56,632 nucleotides of DNA from Minisyncoccota bacterium (GTDB lineage Bacteria; Patescibacteriota; Minisyncoccia; Phycocordibacterales; GWA1-40-21), in assembly GCA_041663745.1 (NCBI GenBank), contig JBAYMB010000001.1, forward strand, positions 1 to 56,632, read 5' to 3'. The notes under the pieces are model-generated. The model was given only the letters and a program-made list of their open reading frames with translations, was not told the DNA's origin and made no database searches. Below are positions 1 through 8,093 of the stretch, piece after piece (position 1 is the first letter of the stretch; every line of letters starts with the position of its first letter). The position numbers and the translations under genes are program-made.

Positions 1-1
1 G

Positions 2-430
2 AACTGTGCAGTGAGCGTAGGGACGACCAACCAAGTCTTGGCATACAACGATACCAACCCTCTCTCAGCCGTATACCTCTCAGACCTCCCATATACAGGA
101 GCTGGAGATACAGAAAAGATGATCCTCTTTGTCACAACCCTCATACTCTGGTCAGCTGCAGTATCCCTCTACTTCCTCAAGAAGAAGCAGACAGAACTGA
201 CACCAGTCTTGGTATCAACACAATCAACAGAAACACCAAAGACCAGCTCAGACTCACAGCTTCTCTCTGATATAGAGGCATATGCCAGATCACAGAAGGT
301 CCTTCTCTCATCAGAGGCCATCATGAAGCTTGCCAAACAGAAGAAACTCAACAATGTGAATCCGAACACTGTGATATCAAAGATATCTACAGGTGAATGG
401 GTAGCAGTCGGAGAGGGACAAATACAGTAA
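2..430 (+). CDS. 5'-truncated envelope protein with an LPYTG sortase-like motif, TM helix, KKK, then an ~80-aa tail
   Basis: The frame of track ORF 11..430 stays open to the window edge, so the true start is probably upstream. Contains SDLPYTGAGDTEKMILFVTTLILWSAAVSLYFLKKK. Confidence 0.5.
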   Translation, partial: NCAVSVGTTNQVLAYNDTNPLSAVYLSDLPYTGAGDTEKMILFVTTLILWSAAVSLYFLKKKQTELTPVLVSTQSTETPKTSSDSQLLSDIEAYARSQKVLLSSEAIMKLAKQKKLNNVNPNTVISKISTGEWVAVGEGQIQ

Positions 431-435
431 TCAAC

Positions 436-461
436 AAAACCCCGCTAAAAAGCGGGGTTTT
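436..461 (+). terminator. Rho-independent terminator
   Basis: CCCCGC (440-445) pairs with GCGGGG (452-457). Flanked by A4 and T4, a few nt after the stop at 430. Confidence 0.7.
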
Positions 462-512
462 GTATTGTCAAAACAAGGCTTAAAACAAGGGTATTATAAT
501 TCCTAAAAGGTA

Positions 513-540
513 TTGACAAATATTTATTATCGTGTATAAT
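513..540 (+). promoter_or_regulatory. Sigma70-type promoter
   Basis: TTGACA (513-518), 16-nt spacer, TATAAT (535-540). Downstream SD AAGGAGAG (578-585) sits 6 nt before ATG-592. Confidence 0.55.
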
Positions 541-591
541 TGTTGGTAGAGGTACCCCTTTACTGGGGATCACAAACAAGGAGAGTCCTAC

Positions 592-1185
592 ATGTTGGAC
601 TTCTTTTTCTTTCACGTGTCGGGTTGGGGTTTGGTTTGGTTCTTGGTGGGAGTTCTCACTTTCATCAATGTCCTGGTGATTCTGTACGAAGTGCAGAACC
701 CGCCGGCGACGCGCAGAGCCGCTGCCAGTTTCTGGAGGCGGATGTGGAATGTGGCGAAGGTCTCTATCGTGACCTTAGCCGTTATCTTTCTCGTCGTCGG
801 CATCATTGCGACGATTCGGGGAGGAAGCCTCAATGTTGGCTATGGTGCGGGTACGATGACGAAGTCATCGTCCGCTCCTGACCAAACAGCGCCGAACAAA
901 ACGGTGCAGCAACGCCCAATCGACTATGGGGATCTAAACCTCCCTTGCATGTCGATTCAGAATTCGGCTGGTTTACCGGCCGAGGTCGTGGACTCAAACG
1001 GCGCCAAATATACTTTGGCATCGGGTGAACTTCACGGGTTCTGTTCTCACTCCGGTGGGATATTCAGCGTTACTGTTTCGTACGGGGGCAAAACCCTCAC
1101 CCAAAGCATGGACACAAGTCTCGGAAGGCACTTGTGGACGCTTGTCCCCGAAGGCAATGGGGATTTCAGGCGGCTAAAGAAGTAA
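592..1185 (+). CDS. Hypothetical membrane protein in a G+C-rich islet
   Basis: 197-aa ORF with two N-terminal hydrophobic helices and a strong SD. Codons are visibly richer in G/C than neighbours. Overlapping alternative-frame ORFs are typical of a G+C-rich insert. Confidence 0.6.
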   Translation: MLDFFFFHVSGWGLVWFLVGVLTFINVLVILYEVQNPPATRRAAASFWRRMWNVAKVSIVTLAVIFLVVGIIATIRGGSLNVGYGAGTMTKSSSAPDQTAPNKTVQQRPIDYGDLNLPCMSIQNSAGLPAEVVDSNGAKYTLASGELHGFCSHSGGIFSVTVSYGGKTLTQSMDTSLGRHLWTLVPEGNGDFRRLKK

Positions 1186-1206
1186 GCCACCTGATGGTCG
1201 TAACGG

Positions 1207-1245
1207 GCCCTCTGTTTAGCGAAAGCTAAGCAGAGGGCTTTTTTT
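1207..1245 (+). terminator. Rho-independent terminator
   Basis: GCCCTCTG (1207-1214) pairs with CAGAGGGC (1231-1238), with inner TTAGC/GCTAA pairing, followed by T7. Confidence 0.75.
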
Positions 1246-1275
1246 ATTCCCCCTTTTTGTGCTAACATCCCCCAT

Positions 1276-1731
1276 ATGATAAGCAAAAGCTTGAAGGAAA
1301 CAGAGAACATAGCAAAAGATTTCATAAAAAACATAAAGAGCTCAAAAGGAGCTTTGGTAGTTGGCTTGTACGGCGATCTAGGTTCAGCCAAAACCACCTT
1401 CACTCAATTTGTCGCAAAGACACTAGGCATCAAGGAAGACATCACCAGCCCGACATTCGTCATTGAGAAGATATACGATATAAAGCACAAAGATCTCAAG
1501 AGGTTCATACATATAGATGCATACAGATTGAACTCCGCAAAAGAACTTTCTGTTCTTGGTTGGCAAACAACAGTTTCAGATCCAACAAACATTGTCTTCA
1601 TAGAATGGCCGGAGAGAGTCGTGGATATACTACCCAAGGATCATATAAAGATCAATTTTAAGTTCATCTCGGAGAATGAGAGGGAAATTACCATATGTTT
1701 AGGAAAAATAAGGTTGAAAATAGAATCGTAA
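1276..1731 (+). CDS. tsaE: tRNA t6A biosynthesis ATPase TsaE (YjeE)
   Basis: P-loop GDLGSAKTTF plus SPTFVI and IHIDAYRL motifs; ~150 aa. TGcTAACAT (1260-1268) lies 7 nt before the ATG. Confidence 0.8.
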   Translation: MISKSLKETENIAKDFIKNIKSSKGALVVGLYGDLGSAKTTFTQFVAKTLGIKEDITSPTFVIEKIYDIKHKDLKRFIHIDAYRLNSAKELSVLGWQTTVSDPTNIVFIEWPERVVDILPKDHIKINFKFISENEREITICLGKIRLKIES

Positions 1732-1780
1732 GGTGAAAATATGATACAATGTTTATATTATTAGTTAAATTTTAATAAAT

Positions 1781-2083
1781 ATGAAAGGATTCATTGATTT
1801 TGTAAGAGAACAGGGGGTTATCGGTTTGGCTGTCGGTTTTATTTTAGGCGGAGCAGTATCAAAAGTCGTTTCGGCTCTCGTTACAGATATTATCAATCCT
1901 CTTTTAGGGCTTGCTCTTGGTTCGGCAACAGGATTAAAGATGGCAGCGGTAAACGTCGGCTCGACCCAAATACTTTACGGTGATCTAATCAGCGTAATAA
2001 TCGACTTTATTGTCGTTGCTCTTGTAGTTTACTTCGGAGTAAAGATGCTTGGTCTCAACAAACTCGACAAGCCAAAAGTTTAA
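1781..2083 (+). CDS. mscL: Large-conductance mechanosensitive channel MscL (short form)
   Basis: MKGFIDFVREQGVIGLAVGFILGGA...DIINPLLG is the MscL N-terminal/TM1 signature. At only 100 aa the C-terminal cytoplasmic helix is reduced. Confidence 0.8.
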   Translation: MKGFIDFVREQGVIGLAVGFILGGAVSKVVSALVTDIINPLLGLALGSATGLKMAAVNVGSTQILYGDLISVIIDFIVVALVVYFGVKMLGLNKLDKPKV

Positions 2084-2106
2084 TCAAAAAATCTCAGAAA
2101 TTTCCA

Positions 2107-2142
2107 ATATCACTTCCGGAGTATCTCGGAAGTGATATTTTT
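2107..2142 (+). terminator. Rho-independent terminator
   Basis: 12-bp stem ATATCACTTCCG (2107-2118) / CGGAAGTGATAT (2127-2138) followed by a T-run. Confidence 0.8.
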
Positions 2143-2369
2143 CTATTTTTGCGTTGCACAACATCCTTTTACGACACTAGTGCGCAGAGGCAATCATTGG
2201 CTTTTTGAACGTTTCTCTGAGCTCAAATAGAGAATAAGTTTGAAAAGATATTTAGATAGTTTGGACAATATCGGATTGGAATCCCTTTCGTATGGATGTA
2301 GCAATAATAACAAAGTCAAGATGGGGATTTCACAAAGCGGAAATCCATCTTTTTTGATATAATAAACTT

Positions 2370-3197
2370 ATGAAACAAAGAGCTTTTACTCTCATAGAGC
2401 TTCTCGTAGTCATTGCCATCGTGGGCATTCTTTCTTCAGTCATCTACACGAATATCACAGGGCTCAGGGACAGAGCAAGGATAACTGCTGGAATACGGTT
2501 TGATTCCAGCTTGTACCATTCCATAGGAGATCAGCTTGTGGGAAAATATGACCTTGAGGAAGGAACTGGTGGATCGGGAACTGTCATAAAAGATGCAAGC
2601 GGATTGGGGAATAATGGAACGATAAACACTGCAGGTACGTCTTGGAGTACAGATACATATAATCAAACGCAATCAAGATATTCTATTTCTTTCAGCGGAG
2701 CTGACTACTTCACCCCTTCAAGGGGATTTGGCATATCAAACAGCAATTTCACATTCACCGAATGGATCAAGACTACGAGCACGAACGGTCAAATGTATAC
2801 CATAGCGAATGCAGGCGGCGGAGATGGATATAGGTTTGGACTGGCTGACGGGAAAATAGCTTTTCTAATCGGAAATAGCGGAGGCTTGAACGAATCTTTC
2901 GGCGCAGGTTGCACATCCAGATCCGTAAATGATGGTTCATGGCATCATATTGCAGGTGTCTTTGACCGGGTCAATGGCATATTTTCCTGCTATGTCGATG
3001 GGAACAAGGTCGGAACAAGATCAATCACATATTTTGCGAACATGAATGATTCTGCTCCAAGAATAGGCAAGGGGATTTGCTGCACCAATTTTGTAGGCTC
3101 GCTTGATGATGTGAGGATATACAGCTCAAGTCTTGATGGTCTGAGCATACGATCAATATACGAGGAAGAGAAGAATAAATATCTGGTCTCAAATTGA
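2370..3197 (+). CDS. Prepilin-type N-terminal domain protein with LamG/concanavalin-like domain (pseudopilin paralog 1)
   Basis: MKQRA|FTLIELLVVIAIVGILSS class-III signal, and a C-terminal ...LDDVRIYSSSL motif typical of LamG pilin-like proteins. TGaTATAAT (2355-2363) lies 6 nt before the ATG. Confidence 0.8.
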   Translation: MKQRAFTLIELLVVIAIVGILSSVIYTNITGLRDRARITAGIRFDSSLYHSIGDQLVGKYDLEEGTGGSGTVIKDASGLGNNGTINTAGTSWSTDTYNQTQSRYSISFSGADYFTPSRGFGISNSNFTFTEWIKTTSTNGQMYTIANAGGGDGYRFGLADGKIAFLIGNSGGLNESFGAGCTSRSVNDGSWHHIAGVFDRVNGIFSCYVDGNKVGTRSITYFANMNDSAPRIGKGICCTNFVGSLDDVRIYSSSLDGLSIRSIYEEEKNKYLVSN

Positions 3198-3226
3198 TCC
3201 TATGCAACCATGATATAATGGGTCCA

Positions 3227-5608
3227 ATGACGAAAGAGAATAAAAACAAGGTTCTGGTCCTTCTTGATGTCCATGCCATAATCCATCGCGCATATCATGC
3301 GCTTCCAGAATTTGCCACAAGCAAGGGCGTGCCGACAGGCGCTCTATACGGCCTCTCCACGATGCTTTTGAAGATCATAGGAGATCTCAAGCCGGACTAC
3401 ATCATCGCCTGCTACGATCTTCCCAAACCGACATACAGACATGAGGCATACAAAGAATACAAAGCCGGCAGAGCCAAAGCTGATGAAGAGCTTGTCATAC
3501 AATTGAAGAGGTCATACGACATCTTCAATGCTTTCAATATCCCTCTGTATTCAAAGGAAGGATTTGAGGCTGATGACATGATAGGGACAATAGTGGAGAA
3601 GATGAAGAAGGAAAAAGATATTGATATAGTCATCGCTTCCGGGGACATGGACACCCTTCAGCTCGTGGATGATGACAGGGTCAGAGTGTATACCCTTAAA
3701 AAAGGCATCAAAGACACCATCATATACAACGAAAAAGCGGTCTTGGAGAGATACGGCTTCGGACCGGAGCTTCTTCCGGACTACAAAGGCCTTCGCGGAG
3801 ACCCGTCTGACAATATAATAGGCATAAAAGGCATAGGGGAGAAGACTGCAACTGATCTAATAATCAATTTCGGCAGCATTGAGGATATATATAAGAAGCT
3901 AAAGAAGGACAAGACACAATTTGAGAAAGCGGGAATAAAGGAAAGGATAATAGGATTGCTTCTCGAGGGGGAGGAGGAGGCTAAGTTCTCCAAAATGCTC
4001 GGTACTGTGAACAGGAATGCTCCCATAGATTTCTCATTGCCTGAAAAGACATGGAAGGAAGCGATCGATGTCGAGAAGGTCAATGCTGTATGGAACGATT
4101 TCGAGTTTCGGACTCTGGGACAGAGGCTCAAGGATGTTTTGCATGGCAAAGCATCCGCTGTGAAGGAGGAAAAGGTTGAAACTGCATCCGATGAGACATA
4201 CGAGGACATCCCGGAGCTTTCTGTCATGCTTTGGCTCATAAACTCGAACATGACAAGTCCGACTTCCGAGGATGTTTTCAATTTCACAAAGACGAGAGAT
4301 GCAAAGGAAGCGAAGAAGGTCCTTTCCGAGGAGATAAAGAAAAGAGAGCTTCAAAAAGTATGGGAGACCATAGAAAAACCTTTGATACCCGTCATAGTCA
4401 AGATGCAAAATAACGGAGTGAAGATAGACAAGGAAGAGCTCAATGCCCTATCCAAGAAATATCACAAGGAGCTGTCCTCTCTTGAGGAAAAGATATGGAA
4501 GCTTGCCGGGGAGAATTTCAATATCAATTCACCTAAACAATTGGGAGAGATTCTTTTTGTTAAGCTTGGCCTAAAACCCAAGAATCAGAAAAAGACTGGT
4601 TCCGGTGCATTATCTACTAAAGAATCAGAGCTCGAAAAGATGAGAGATATGCATCCGATAGTTCCTCTCATATTTGAATACAGAGAATTTCAAAAACTTC
4701 TCTCCACATATATTGATGTCATCCCAACTATGCTCGATGCAAATGACAGGCTTCATGCCAAGTTCCTCCAAGCAGGGACGACGACAGGAAGACTTGCATC
4801 TTCCGATCCGAATCTGCAGAACATTCCGAACTCAAGCGAGCTCGGAAGGAACATCCGGGAGGCGTTCATAACGGAAAAAGGCAAAAAGCTCCTGACCTTT
4901 GACTATTCTCAAGCAGAGCTCAGGATCGCCGCACTCCTTTCAAACGATCAAAAGCTCATCGATATCTTCAAAAAAGGGGAGGATGTCCACACCGTCGTTG
5001 CTTCAGAGGTATTCAATGTCCCTCCAAAGGATGTGGACAAGGAGATGAGGCGAAGGGCAAAGGTCATCAACTTCGGCATCATGTACGGAATGGGAGTGAA
5101 TTCCTTGAAAGGCAATCTAGGCTCTACGAGGGAGGAGGCGCAGAAATATCTGGATGAGTATTTCACGAAATTCCACGGCTTGGCGAAATATCTTGAATTT
5201 GTCAAAGCCGATGCAAAGGAAAAAGGATACACAGAGACGCTTTTCGGCAGGAGGAGATATTTTGAAGGCCTTAGATCAAAAGTTCCATTCATTAAGGCCA
5301 TGGCAGAGAGAATGGCCATCAATGCTCCGATACAGGGCACGGAAGCTGATGTCATTAAGCTTGCAATGGTCAAGATAGATGAATACATCACGAAAGAAAA
5401 TCTAGAAGAGAAGGTGAAAATGACCCTTCAGGTCCATGATGAGCTTGTCTTTGAGGTGGACGAGAAGCTTCCGAAGGAGATAGTCCTTGAAATAAAGGGA
5501 ATAATGGAGAATATAGTGTCCAAGGATATGTCAAAGGGGATTGTCATGAAGGTTGACGCTTCGGAAGGGAGGAATTGGAAAGAGATGGAAAAGATCAAGT
5601 TTTCTTGA
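3227..5608 (+). CDS. polA: DNA polymerase I
   Basis: 5'-nuclease motifs (LLDVHAIIHRAYHA, GDPSDNIIGIKGIGEKTA) and polymerase motifs (DYSQAELRI, RRRAKVINFGIMYGM, QVHDELVFEV). Start moved from track TTG-3194 to in-frame ATG-3227, which lies 7 nt after TGaTATAAT (3211-3219). Confidence 0.9.
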   Translation: MTKENKNKVLVLLDVHAIIHRAYHALPEFATSKGVPTGALYGLSTMLLKIIGDLKPDYIIACYDLPKPTYRHEAYKEYKAGRAKADEELVIQLKRSYDIFNAFNIPLYSKEGFEADDMIGTIVEKMKKEKDIDIVIASGDMDTLQLVDDDRVRVYTLKKGIKDTIIYNEKAVLERYGFGPELLPDYKGLRGDPSDNIIGIKGIGEKTATDLIINFGSIEDIYKKLKKDKTQFEKAGIKERIIGLLLEGEEEAKFSKMLGTVNRNAPIDFSLPEKTWKEAIDVEKVNAVWNDFEFRTLGQRLKDVLHGKASAVKEEKVETASDETYEDIPELSVMLWLINSNMTSPTSEDVFNFTKTRDAKEAKKVLSEEIKKRELQKVWETIEKPLIPVIVKMQNNGVKIDKEELNALSKKYHKELSSLEEKIWKLAGENFNINSPKQLGEILFVKLGLKPKNQKKTGSGALSTKESELEKMRDMHPIVPLIFEYREFQKLLSTYIDVIPTMLDANDRLHAKFLQAGTTTGRLASSDPNLQNIPNSSELGRNIREAFITEKGKKLLTFDYSQAELRIAALLSNDQKLIDIFKKGEDVHTVVASEVFNVPPKDVDKEMRRRAKVINFGIMYGMGVNSLKGNLGSTREEAQKYLDEYFTKFHGLAKYLEFVKADAKEKGYTETLFGRRRYFEGLRSKVPFIKAMAERMAINAPIQGTEADVIKLAMVKIDEYITKENLEEKVKMTLQVHDELVFEVDEKLPKEIVLEIKGIMENIVSKDMSKGIVMKVDASEGRNWKEMEKIKFS

Positions 5609-5655
5609 CAAAAATCAGGCATTTTGATAAGATGCAGGGGTAATAAGGACATGTA

Positions 5656-5684
5656 AGTTCGCTTCAGGGCGAACTCATTTTTTT
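5656..5684 (+). terminator. Rho-independent terminator
   Basis: AGTTCGC (5656-5662) pairs with GCGAACT (5669-5675), then T7. Confidence 0.7.
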
Positions 5685-5705
5685 AAATAATAATCAAATA
5701 AAACC

Positions 5706-6905
5706 ATGATAGATCTAAAAGTCATAAATTCGGTCATAGAGCAGATGGAGGCTGAGAAGGGAATACCAAAAGCCAAGATGATAGAGGCCATAGAGCTGGC
5801 TCTTGCAACTGCATACAAGAAGGAATACGGAAAGAGAGGCCAGATCATAAAAGCAAAGATAGACTTGGGTTCCGGAAAGATGGAATTCGTCCAGCTCAAG
5901 ACCGTTGTCGACAAAGACAGCGTTGTTTTGCGTGAGGACAAGAAGGAGGACAAGGAGGCTGAGGAACGGTTCAGAAGAAGCAGAAGAATGGAGGAAGAGA
6001 AGGAGGAGCTCAATGAAAAGGGAGAGAAGGTCACATACTACAATTCCGAACATCATATCTTTTTGGCTGATGCGAAGAAGATAAAGAAGGACGCAAAGGT
6101 GGGCGATGAGCTCGTATTTCCTCTTGAAGAGAAATCAGACTACGGCAGGATCGCCGCTCAGACCGCAAAGCAGGTCATCGTCCAGAAGATAAGGGAAGCT
6201 GAAAAAGTTTCCGTGTTCAACGAATACGGGGAAAAGGAGGGCACCATAGTCACGGGCACAGTACAGAGGCTTGAAAGGGGAAATCTTTTTGTTGATATGG
6301 GAAGAGCCACTGCAATATTGCCTTTTGAGGAGCAGATACCAGGCGAGAAATACAAGCCGGGAGAGAGGATCAGAGCATATCTATACAGAGTGGAAGAGAC
6401 CCCGAAGGGGATCTTCTTGAGGCTCTCACGTTCTCATCCGAAATTCCTCGAAGAGCTTTTCAAGTCTGAATCTCCGGAACTCGGGTCAGGCGCAGTTCTC
6501 GTGAAGTCAATCGCAAGGGAAGCAGGTTCAAGATCGAAGATAGCGGTCGCTTCGATAGATGAGCATATAGATCCTGTGGGATCGCTTGTCGGACAGAGAG
6601 GCGTGCGCGTTGCGACAGTCATGTCCGAGCTCGGAGGGGAGAAGATAGATATCATAGAATGGTCTCCTGATCCGAAAAAATTCATAGAAGAAGCATTGTC
6701 TCCGGCAAGAGTCCTTTCCGTCTCAGTTGATGATTTGGAGAAGAAAGCCACCATAGAGGTCGCTGAGGACCAGCAATCTCTGGCCATCGGAAAGGGAGGA
6801 CAGAACGTCAGACTTGCCGCCAAGCTCACAGGATGGAAGATAGACATAGTTTCCGTGGAGGGGGAATATGTAGAGGAAGATGAGGTGGAGGAAAAAGCTA
6901 AATAA
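5706..6905 (+). CDS. nusA: Transcription termination/antitermination factor NusA
   Basis: NusA NTD, S1 domain (GTVQRLERGNLFVDMG) and two KH domains (LAIGKGGQNVRLAAKLTGWKIDI). Carries a ~40-aa highly charged insertion between NTD and S1. Confidence 0.9.
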   Translation: MIDLKVINSVIEQMEAEKGIPKAKMIEAIELALATAYKKEYGKRGQIIKAKIDLGSGKMEFVQLKTVVDKDSVVLREDKKEDKEAEERFRRSRRMEEEKEELNEKGEKVTYYNSEHHIFLADAKKIKKDAKVGDELVFPLEEKSDYGRIAAQTAKQVIVQKIREAEKVSVFNEYGEKEGTIVTGTVQRLERGNLFVDMGRATAILPFEEQIPGEKYKPGERIRAYLYRVEETPKGIFLRLSRSHPKFLEELFKSESPELGSGAVLVKSIAREAGSRSKIAVASIDEHIDPVGSLVGQRGVRVATVMSELGGEKIDIIEWSPDPKKFIEEALSPARVLSVSVDDLEKKATIEVAEDQQSLAIGKGGQNVRLAAKLTGWKIDIVSVEGEYVEEDEVEEKAK

Positions 6906-6960
6906 ACTAATGACCGGGCTCATATGTGGCTCGGTTATTCGTTTATGGTCGTTTGATATG

Positions 6961-6988
6961 TTGAACTTTTGAATGTGTTTGATACAAT
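6961..6988 (+). promoter_or_regulatory. Promoter with extended -10
   Basis: TTGAAC (6961-6966), 16 nt, TGaTACAAT (6980-6988). ATG-6999 follows 10 nt later. Confidence 0.5.
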
Positions 6989-7027
6989 ACCTGACATAAT
7001 GAACTTAACTAATCACAGAGCATTACT

Positions 7028-7050
7028 GAGAGAGAGAGAGAGAGAGAGAG
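7028..7050. repeat. (GA)11.5 dinucleotide simple-sequence repeat
   Basis: An uninterrupted 23-nt GAGAGA...G run. It lies between ATG-6999 and the pilin reading frame. Confidence 0.95.
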
Positions 7051-7057
7051 TAACCGC

Positions 7058-7918
7058 TTGCTTCCGAATTATCATTCTAGTGCAAAGATAAGAGCCTTTA
7101 CGCTCATAGAACTTCTTGTCGTCATAGCCATTGTTGGCATACTCTCTTCTGTCATATATACAAATATCACAGGACTTCGGGACAGAGCAAAGATAACTGC
7201 AGGGATTAGATTTGATTCTTCCACTCTTCACTCAATTGGGGATCAGTTGGTAGGAGAGTGGACGTTTGATTCTCCCAACTTGCCTCTCATAGACACTTCG
7301 GGATTTGGAAATACAGGAACTTGCACAGCTTGTCCTACATACGCCACTACTTCTGGATATAACAATAAAGGAGCATATAGTTTTGATGGAATAAATGATT
7401 ACATAAGAATCGCTGATTCGGATATTTTAAGAATGAACGGCACGTCAAATTTAACTATGTCTGCTTGGATAAAGATTTCTAATTTGGCAGATTCTGACGA
7501 ACAATTTATTGTTAGTAAATATGGTTATGTTGCTAATACAGGATATTCTTTGGAGGTTTTGAGCACTGGAGCCGTAAGGATGAATATAAATGGTGGGGCA
7601 AATTCAAAAACAACTGCTACGAAACCTATTATCGCCGGTGTCTGGAGCCATATTGTCGGAGAATTTTCCAATGGAAATACAATAAAAGTATATGTTAATG
7701 GCTCATTAATTCAAACATGGCCTATAACACAGACTACGCTGATAAGTAATAATGGTATTTTGGCAATAGGTAGTCCTTCAGACAATGCTGGAATTGATAA
7801 TTATTCTTTATCCGGTTTAATTGATGATGTTCGCATTTATTCCTCAGCCCTCTCTTCTTCTGACATCCAAAAACTATATGCTGAAGGGAAGGCAAGCCAC
7901 GAAGTAGTGGTAAAATAA
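7058..7918 (+). CDS. Prepilin-type N-terminal domain protein with LamG-like domain (pseudopilin paralog 2)
   Basis: ...AKIRA|FTLIELLVVIAIVGILSS and C-terminal LIDDVRIYSSALSSSDIQKLYAEGK. The track start is TTG-7058 with no ATG. The frame stays open upstream through the GA repeat to 7013. Confidence 0.75.
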   Translation: MLPNYHSSAKIRAFTLIELLVVIAIVGILSSVIYTNITGLRDRAKITAGIRFDSSTLHSIGDQLVGEWTFDSPNLPLIDTSGFGNTGTCTACPTYATTSGYNNKGAYSFDGINDYIRIADSDILRMNGTSNLTMSAWIKISNLADSDEQFIVSKYGYVANTGYSLEVLSTGAVRMNINGGANSKTTATKPIIAGVWSHIVGEFSNGNTIKVYVNGSLIQTWPITQTTLISNNGILAIGSPSDNAGIDNYSLSGLIDDVRIYSSALSSSDIQKLYAEGKASHEVVVK

Positions 7919-7971
7919 GGATATGTTTGACGGGCAAAAATGGTCTGATACACTGAATATGTATCAATATG

Positions 7972-8012
7972 AAAAACACCTCTTAGGGTTCCGTCCTTAA
8001 GCGGTGTTTTTT
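7972..8012. terminator. Bidirectional-looking terminator hairpin (copy of a shared element)
   Basis: AAAAACACC-TC-TTAGGG / CCTTAA-GC-GGTGTTTTTT: A-run, stem and T-run. Related in inverted orientation to the hairpin at 16581..16620. Confidence 0.7.
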
Positions 8013-8093
8013 CTGTAAGTGATCACCAAAAACTGTTTTGTCCACAATACCCTTTATAATATTGTCAGATCGTGTTATCATATAGTCAATAAC

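Noticed and set aside
540-881. Alternative-frame ORFs (540..881 +, 612..833 -, 830..1021 -, 1047..1403 -) in the first G+C-rich islet
   Set aside because: High G+C lowers stop-codon frequency in all frames. Only 592..1185 has an SD at correct spacing, TM helices and a terminator.
3194-3226. TTG-3194 start for polA, TTG-44315 start for rpsF and GTG-8019 start for the Panacea gene
   Set aside because: Each longest-ORF start overlaps the upstream gene or promoter. In-frame ATGs sit at the recurrent 6-12 nt distance from a TGnTAnnnT element.
7028-7050. The GA tract or other repeats as a CRISPR array
   Set aside because: It is a simple dinucleotide repeat with no spacer-repeat periodicity. No 25-40-nt direct repeats with unique spacers were seen anywhere in the window.
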